This document shows positions 63,166 to 64,000 of a DNA stretch of 64,000 nt, one piece after another. Where the stretch lies: assembly GCA_003193925.1 (NCBI GenBank), contig PSPG01000005.1, positions 1,645 to 65,644 of the forward strand, in the 5' to 3' direction. The notes beneath the pieces are model-generated. The model searched no databases and was not told the origin of the DNA. It saw only the letters and a list, made by a program, of their open reading frames with translations. Each line of letters opens with the position of its first letter. The first letter of the stretch is position 1. Origin of the DNA: Candidatus Thalassarchaeum betae. GTDB lineage: Archaea > Thermoplasmatota > Poseidoniia > Poseidoniales > Thalassarchaeaceae. The position numbers were made by a program, and so were the translations under genes.

Positions 63166-63534
63166 ATGGTTCGCGTCCTAGTCGACGCGTGCGGATGGGC
63201 CGCGATGACGGATGCAGGATTGAATCTGGACGAGGGGATGAAGGACGTCGTCGGCGAGGCAGACCTCGTTGTCCTCGATAGCGTGCAGAGTGAGCTTGAG
63301 CTGCTGGTGCAGCAAAGGAGGAATCTCCTGCTCGAGCTCCTCGCAAGGCGCTCCGAGAGGATTCCAGACATCGAAGGAATGAGCCATCCGGACGAGATGC
63401 TGGTCCACTTGTCGAGTGCCAACGGCTGGCCGGTGCTGACGGTCGACCGTCGATTGAAAGAGAAGCTGGTGAACTCCGGGGGCTCGTACATCGAGGTCAC
63501 CTCGGGTCGGGCCCTGCGGCTGGTCGGCCTTTAG
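63166..63534 (+). CDS. PIN-domain protein (Fcf1/Utp24-like), usual neighbour of aIF2-gamma
   Basis: VLVDA, V.SEL, D..L, VLTVDRRLK motifs; gene context. Confidence 0.8.
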   Translation: MVRVLVDACGWAAMTDAGLNLDEGMKDVVGEADLVVLDSVQSELELLVQQRRNLLLELLARRSERIPDIEGMSHPDEMLVHLSSANGWPVLTVDRRLKEKLVNSGGSYIEVTSGRALRLVGL

Positions 63535-63824
63535 GGCAGAGTGAACAGCCGGTCGTCCCCATGACCGTCCAGAAGGCCGATTCTTACCGCGGCGTCGAGC
63601 CAAGCGTGGGAGTAGTTGATCGCGCCGAAGGCGCTGACCAAGTCCCCTGACTCCATGAAGTGGCGAGCGTCCGCTGCGTAGTCATCGCACATCCTCATCA
63701 TCGAAGTCAGTCGCTGCTCGTCTTCAGCACCCTGTGCGCATGGAGTGGCTTTGGCTCTAGCCTCGGCGGTGAGAGCAAGGTGCTCTTCGATCTTCTCCCG
63801 CGTCACAGTGGCACTGTCGGACAT
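63531..63824 (-). CDS. DUF357 domain protein
   Basis: Y..DARHF...GDLV.AF..INY.HAWLDA..RIG signature. Confidence 0.9.
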   Translation of the reverse strand: MSDSATVTREKIEEHLALTAEARAKATPCAQGAEDEQRLTSMMRMCDDYAADARHFMESGDLVSAFGAINYSHAWLDAAVRIGLLDGHGDDRLFTLP

Positions 63825-63832
63825 TGGAGCAC

Positions 63833-64000
63833 CTAGGTCAATTCGAGTTCCAAGGATGCCGCATGACTGAGCTTGAACAGCCTCGTCCTGCCCTGCTTGC
63901 GCACCGAGAGCAAACCCGCCCTTCGCAAGCCGTTGTATATCTGCGACAATCGGGGGCGACCCACCTCGAGGAGCGCCTGCAACTCGGGGTCAGATGGCGA
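63833..64000 (-). CDS. Partial CDS (3' end only), winged helix-turn-helix C-terminus
   Basis: Hand translation ...LQALLEVGRPRLSQIYNGLRRAGLLSVRKQGRTRLFKL...ELT*; truncated by the window edge. Confidence 0.65.
   Translation of the reverse strand, partial: SPSDPELQALLEVGRPRLSQIYNGLRRAGLLSVRKQGRTRLFKLSHAASLELELT

Overview
GC-rich archaeal chromosomal segment. The mix of archaeal informational genes (csl4, nmd3, rpl10e, dph2, orc1/cdc6, rps6e, aIF2-gamma), bacterial-type gyrBA, cold-shock and FabH genes, and giant membrane-anchored proteases/adhesins with thrombospondin type 3-like repeats points to Marine Group II Euryarchaeota (Ca. Poseidoniales); this assignment is inference. The first ~4.7 kb is an accessory patch of short, mixed-orientation genes, AT-richer at its left end, punctuated by five copies of a GACTCACGAG motif in both orientations. 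It is followed by a formyltransferase/SDR/LLM-monooxygenase/asparaginase-II/ALDH/FabH cluster, large surface proteins, a radical SAM-csl4-methyltransferase block, a ccm heme export operon (fused ccmAB, ccmC, unannotated ccmD-like ORF), sufCBD, aroD, gyrBA, tRNA-Ser(GCT), aroA and a translation/replication block. Most notable: the repeat-bounded cassette region, a probable CUG start for aIF2-gamma, a Csl4-zinc ribbon-RRM fusion, a membrane-embedded Smr protein and a perfect palindrome abutting gyrB. No CRISPR array, transposase or integrase was seen.
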